DNA from: an uncultured Candidatus Saccharibacteria bacterium
GTDB taxonomy: Bacteria; Patescibacteriota; Minisyncoccia; Phycocordibacterales; UBA5272
Assembly (NCBI GenBank): GCA_964491805.1
Contig: CAZBGU010000002.1
Span: 9,877-69,262 of the forward strand
DNA: 59,386 nt
Reading direction: 5' to 3'
Below the pieces are notes generated by a model. The model was given only the letters and a program-made list of their open reading frames with translations. It did no database searches and was not told where the DNA came from. This document shows, one piece after another, positions 55,945 to 59,386 of the stretch. The first letter of the stretch is position 1. Every line of letters starts with the position of its first letter. Both the position numbers and the translations under genes were made by a program.

Positions 55945-57168
55945 CTACACCTCCCATTTCTTCGCTATATCATCCTTCTCTTTTTTCACCGCTTCCACAA
56001 AACCTTGTTCGATATGAGCTTGTTTAAGTAGTGTGCGTGCTAGTCTATCGTATGGGAAAAGGGGGCAGAGCGAGGACCTCATGCGTGACACTGAACATGC
56101 GACCTGGACACTCTTATCTGCTTTTTCTTTATGAGTAAATGAGAAGCTAAGTGAAACATTTTCAACTTTATATTCTTTTATGCTAGACAAGATACCGATC
56201 TCATCAAGTGCGGTACGTAATGGTACCATACCATGCTCCTGAGGAGTACTCGGTATCACAAGCTTCATTTTCTTCTTCTGTTTTTCGTTGCCGCCGAATG
56301 CAAGAGTAACTGCTTTCACTTTCCAGGTAAGCATTGGTACCACACTATTAGTCTTTGAAAAATCAAATTCTTGATTTGAAAAAGAAGAAAGATCAAAGGA
56401 TTCAACTTTTCCTTCGTAACCACTCTTACATACAACACGCAAGAATGTATCGAGGAAAATAAGTTTTTCATATTTCCCACCCGTGAATGAAATGAGAACC
56501 TCTTTGTCGTCAGGAAGATAGACAATCTTCACAACCTCCTTCTTTCTTCTTGTTGCTGTAGTATCCAACTCACCAGTTTCTGCATCTCGCTTCGTTGCTA
56601 TGATAGTAGCACCATCAAACGTCATGGTTAGATAGAGAAGTCCGTCTAATATCTTGTGTTCCATAGCACACTCAGTTGCATTGTCTTCTTTGTTGGCGAT
56701 ACGGGTGAACTCTTTTTTGAGCTCAGTCATAGCAAGATCTGCAACAGTAAGGTCTACCTTTCCTGCCTCGTAGAGTATATAGCCACGACTTGCGTAAAAG
56801 TCATGAAAGAACAACATGTCATCGAATACTTCACGATTAAACATGTAATGATAGAGTACCTTGTCATGGTCAGATTCACATTCTATTTGTGTAACTGAAG
56901 GCACCTTTCGTTCTCGCAGGATGGGGGTGAGAATGAATGGTGCATACTTTGTTGAGATGCTTGCAATAAGCGCAAGCTCTTTTTCTATTTCAATTTTGTT
57001 CTCAGGTGGAAGTGAGTTATAAAAATCTATGAACATGCCAACGACGTTCTTGCGTGGTGTGGACTCAGTTACTTCAAAGATGGCTACAATATCGTGCTGC
57101 CTGTAGAATTCTACAAGCACTTCTGGTGAGTAGATTTTTTTGAAGTAGTTCTTGATGGAAAATGCCAT
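55945..57168 (-). CDS. hypothetical 407-aa protein, no recognisable motif
   Basis: A long uninterrupted ORF in AT-rich DNA with a balanced soluble composition. Located between the CAT tRNA and tRNA-Asp. Confidence 0.7.
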   Translation of the reverse strand: MAFSIKNYFKKIYSPEVLVEFYRQHDIVAIFEVTESTPRKNVVGMFIDFYNSLPPENKIEIEKELALIASISTKYAPFILTPILRERKVPSVTQIECESDHDKVLYHYMFNREVFDDMLFFHDFYASRGYILYEAGKVDLTVADLAMTELKKEFTRIANKEDNATECAMEHKILDGLLYLTMTFDGATIIATKRDAETGELDTTATRRKKEVVKIVYLPDDKEVLISFTGGKYEKLIFLDTFLRVVCKSGYEGKVESFDLSSFSNQEFDFSKTNSVVPMLTWKVKAVTLAFGGNEKQKKKMKLVIPSTPQEHGMVPLRTALDEIGILSSIKEYKVENVSLSFSFTHKEKADKSVQVACSVSRMRSSLCPLFPYDRLARTLLKQAHIEQGFVEAVKKEKDDIAKKWEV

Positions 57169-57426
57169 AGATGGTGTCTCAGATTATAAAAATAGTAGTA
57201 AAAAGGATTCGGAAACAAGAAGAAACTTTAAAGTACACAGAATTCAACTAGTGTACCATGGTTGGGTATCTATGCTTATTGGATAACATGCACTTGAAAG
57301 AAGCTGTATTTGTGGTAGAATATCCATATAAATAGAGGTGACATTTTCTATTTACATATAATTTGTTTGTAATAATGATATTGTGGAAACGCAAAATCAC
57401 TATTATATGGAATTAATATAAAATTT

Positions 57427-57500
57427 GCGGTCGTAGCTCAGCTGGTTAGAGCACTGCCCTGTCACGGCAGGGGTCGTGGGTTCAAATCCCATCGACCGCG
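57427..57500 (+). tRNA. tRNA-Asp(GTC)
   Basis: Acceptor GCGGTCG/CGACCGC, anticodon arm CTGCC-CTGTCAC-GGCAG, T arm GTGGG-TTCAAAT-CCCAT. CCA is not encoded. Confidence 0.93.
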
Positions 57501-57507
57501 CAAAGAG

Positions 57508-57536
57508 AAAAAGCCTTCGAGAGAAGGCTTTTTCTT
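57508..57536 (+). terminator. Rho-independent terminator after tRNA-Asp
   Basis: AAAAAGCCTTC-GAGA-GAAGGCTTTTT. Confidence 0.7.
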
Positions 57537-57581
57537 ATGATGGATTTAGGGTTGAAGAACTGAGTGATATAATTAACGGGT

Positions 57582-58202
57582 ATGATATCTATTCTTTGTT
57601 TTGGAGATTCGAATACTTACGGTGAACAGCCTAATGATGTATCGCCCTTACCTTTTGAAAAAAATTGGCCAGTTGTTTTGCAAGAATCTTTAGGTGATAA
57701 TTTTTCTGTCTTGAAAGAAGGTTTATCTGGAAGAACACTTATAGCAAAAGAAGAAAAATTATTCAGAAATTCTTTGCCCTATTTTGAAGCATGTATTCTT
57801 TCTCATTTTCCTGTTGATGTGATTTTTCTTATGCTTGGAACAAATGATGTAAAAGATAAATTTTCTTTGGAAGTTGAGGAAATTGTTTCTGGGTTTAAGC
57901 CATGCCTTGAGTGTATTAAAAAGTCTTATGACAACACAAAGATGCCGAAGGTTGTAATAATTATCCCTCCTGTTGTAGATTTCAAAAATACACCAAGTGA
58001 CTGGGGGTTTTCATTTGAATCAGAGATTAAGAATAAAAAAATGGTTGAAAAAATAAAAGAATTTACCTTCCAAAATAATCTGCTAGTTTTTGACAGCAAT
58101 GAATATGTGAGTGTAAGTAAAGAAGACGGTGTTCATCTTAATGAAGAAAGTCATAAAAAATTAGGGAGAGCGCTATCAGATTACATCAAAATCATTCTTT
58201 GA
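57582..58202 (+). CDS. SGNH/GDSL family hydrolase
   Basis: Block I ILCFGDSNTYG, block III LMLGTNDV, block V DGVHLNEESH. Confidence 0.8.
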   Translation: MISILCFGDSNTYGEQPNDVSPLPFEKNWPVVLQESLGDNFSVLKEGLSGRTLIAKEEKLFRNSLPYFEACILSHFPVDVIFLMLGTNDVKDKFSLEVEEIVSGFKPCLECIKKSYDNTKMPKVVIIIPPVVDFKNTPSDWGFSFESEIKNKKMVEKIKEFTFQNNLLVFDSNEYVSVSKEDGVHLNEESHKKLGRALSDYIKIIL

Positions 58203-58216
58203 CCTTTAAGTATTTC

Positions 58217-58286
58217 AGTTCTCACTTCATCCACTAGAGTGCGTAAAAAAGAAAAAGCCTTCCAAGTGAAGGCTTTTTCTTATGAT
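58217..58286 (+). repeat. degenerate copy of the tRNA-Asp 3' end plus its terminator (att-like remnant A)
   Basis: AGTTCTCACTTCATCCACTAGAGTGCGTAAAAAAG plus AAAAAGCCTTC-CAAGT-GAAGGCTTTTTCTTATGAT. Compare the tRNA end TTCAAATCCCATCGACCGCGCAAAGAG plus AAAAAGCCTTC-GAGA-GAAGGCTTTTTCTTATGAT. Confidence 0.7.
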
Positions 58287-58346
58287 AGTTTTAGAGAAAA
58301 GAACAAATAGACATTAAAGTATTTTTGTTGTAGTTTTATAAATAAA

Positions 58347-59201
58347 ATGAACGCAAACATCATCGGTTTATTAAAACGGGAGCTGGAAAATTCTCAAGCA
58401 AGCATTACGGGTTATTTTTTAAGTTGCGCACTTGTTACTAATAAAGGTGTTTACGTTGGAAGTAATAAAGAATTTGATGATGGTAGTTTTGCGTTTGAAC
58501 ATGCTGAAACAAGTGCCATTAAAGAATGCTTGAGAGTCGAAAATGAGCCCACTATTCGTAAAATCTTTCTTTGCGGTAGAGGAAAAGTAAAAAAGCTTAA
58601 ACATTATGTTCCTTGTGCTACCTGTTGTGATGTTTTAGATTCTTATTGTTCGTCTGACACGGAAGTGGTTCTTGTTGATATAAATAATAACGATAGTACG
58701 ACTATATTTAATTTTAATGAACTACGAGAATCGTATTCCTTCAAAGAGATATCAAGACTTCAGGTTAATAGCTTACATTTACGTGAAAAAGATAATCAGT
58801 TTCTTCAGCGTTTAATTAGAGAAATAAAAGGAAAAGTTGAAGGTGTGTTCTTAACTGGATCTGCTTCAGGAAGAGGCGGATTTACTTCATTTTTAAGAAA
58901 GAAATTTAATCTTGATTATGGAGACCTGGATCTTTTTATAATTCTTAAGAAGGAAAATTTACAAGAAATAATCAACTTAGTTAATAGTAGTGCTATTGAA
59001 ATTTACCCTGACTTGCATAAAGTTATAAGAAAGGTGCCTAAATACCAGAATAAAAAGTGTGTAGTTTTAGAAAAGTCTTATTTTGGTAATAACGACACAG
59101 ATGAGCCAGTTCTCGACTTTACATACTCAACCCAGCTAGAAGGTTCTTTTATTCGTAACGAATACTTTGAAAGAAATTGGTATGTTGAATTGATTGGTTA
59201 G
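58347..59201 (+). CDS. fusion protein: cytidine-deaminase-like zinc domain plus minimal nucleotidyltransferase domain
   Basis: N-terminal half has FEHAETSAI ... YVPCATCCDVL (H-A-E / PCxxC deaminase zinc motif). C-terminal half has FLTGSASGRGGF-x13-GDLDLFII (GS...DxD NTase motif). Confidence 0.65.
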   Translation: MNANIIGLLKRELENSQASITGYFLSCALVTNKGVYVGSNKEFDDGSFAFEHAETSAIKECLRVENEPTIRKIFLCGRGKVKKLKHYVPCATCCDVLDSYCSSDTEVVLVDINNNDSTTIFNFNELRESYSFKEISRLQVNSLHLREKDNQFLQRLIREIKGKVEGVFLTGSASGRGGFTSFLRKKFNLDYGDLDLFIILKKENLQEIINLVNSSAIEIYPDLHKVIRKVPKYQNKKCVVLEKSYFGNNDTDEPVLDFTYSTQLEGSFIRNEYFERNWYVELIG

Positions 59202-59209
59202 AAAGATTT

Positions 59210-59243
59210 AGTTCTCACTTCATCCACTAGATCGCGCAAAAAG
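59210..59243 (+). repeat. degenerate copy of the tRNA-Asp 3' end (att-like remnant B)
   Basis: The 22-mer AGTTCTCACTTCATCCACTAGA is identical to 58217-58238. It is followed by TCGCGCAAAAAG; compare the tRNA end CCGCGCAAAGAG. Confidence 0.7.
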
Positions 59244-59280
59244 TAAAATGCATCCATTTACCAAAATGGATGCATTTTAC
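59243..59280 (+). terminator. Rho-independent terminator-like hairpin
   Basis: GTAAAATGCATCCATT-TACCAA-AATGGATGCATTTTAC followed by TTTT. Confidence 0.6.
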
Positions 59281-59283
59281 TTT

Positions 59284-59386
59284 TCACGCAGAGACAGAAG
59301 TCCATGACCTGCGTCATGGACGTTGGGATTTGAATAGGGGTCGAGGAGTCTCCTGTTTTATGTACTCATAAAACGAGACGAGGTGA
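59284..59386 (+). other. tRNA-3'-flank structured element, copy E5 (truncated by the window end)
   Basis: GTCCATGAC-CTGC-GTCATGGAC (59300-59321), GTTGGGATTTGAATAGGGG, hairpin CTGTTTTATGTACTCATAAAACGAG, then GACGAGGTGA at the window edge. Confidence 0.55.

Overview
This 59.4-kb window appears to come from a small-genome, moderately AT-rich bacterium. The gene content includes SecA, MurF, the oxidative pentose-phosphate genes pgl-zwf-gnd, cytochrome bd, a complete type IV pilus block with ComF, LigA and GatCA, plus many short lineage-specific membrane or secreted proteins. That mix is what I would expect of a Patescibacteria/CPR-like reduced lineage, but this taxonomic guess is inference only.

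I support about 75 CDSs and 6 tRNA genes: Glu-CTC, Ser-GCT, a type-II Ser-like tRNA with an ACT anticodon, two CAT tRNAs and Asp-GTC. I found no rRNA, no CRISPR array and no intact integrase, transposase or reverse transcriptase.

Three kinds of structure interrupt the housekeeping backbone.

1. **GC-rich mini-cassettes.** They lie at 1-550, 7.9-8.4 kb, 19.6-20.4 kb, 22.2-22.6 kb and 24.4-25.3 kb. Each is one or two plus-strand ORFs ending in its own GC-rich hairpin terminator. Two have near-consensus promoters, and one is bracketed by a 14-bp direct repeat.
2. **Very AT-rich islets.** These lie at 4.7-6.5 kb and 55.7-59.2 kb. They carry nucleotidyltransferase, GNAT, SGNH-hydrolase and deaminase-type genes plus an orphan 407-aa protein.
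3. **A related structured element downstream of five tRNA loci.** This is the most unusual signal. The five loci are Ser, Ser-like, both CAT tRNAs and the Asp-linked remnant. Each is followed by a roughly 100-200-nt element with the same module order:
   - a terminator hairpin
   - a 9-bp hairpin with an invariant CTGC loop but unrelated stems (three of the five copies)
   - an inverted T-arm box
   - a purine box
   - a degenerate direct copy of the host tRNA 3' end

   Partial 5' tRNA duplications also sit upstream of two of the tRNAs.

I read these tRNA-linked elements as either scars or miniature forms of a tRNA-targeting integrative element family, or as a new tRNA-trailer structured RNA class. 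All function calls rest on motifs I can read in the translations; no database search was possible.
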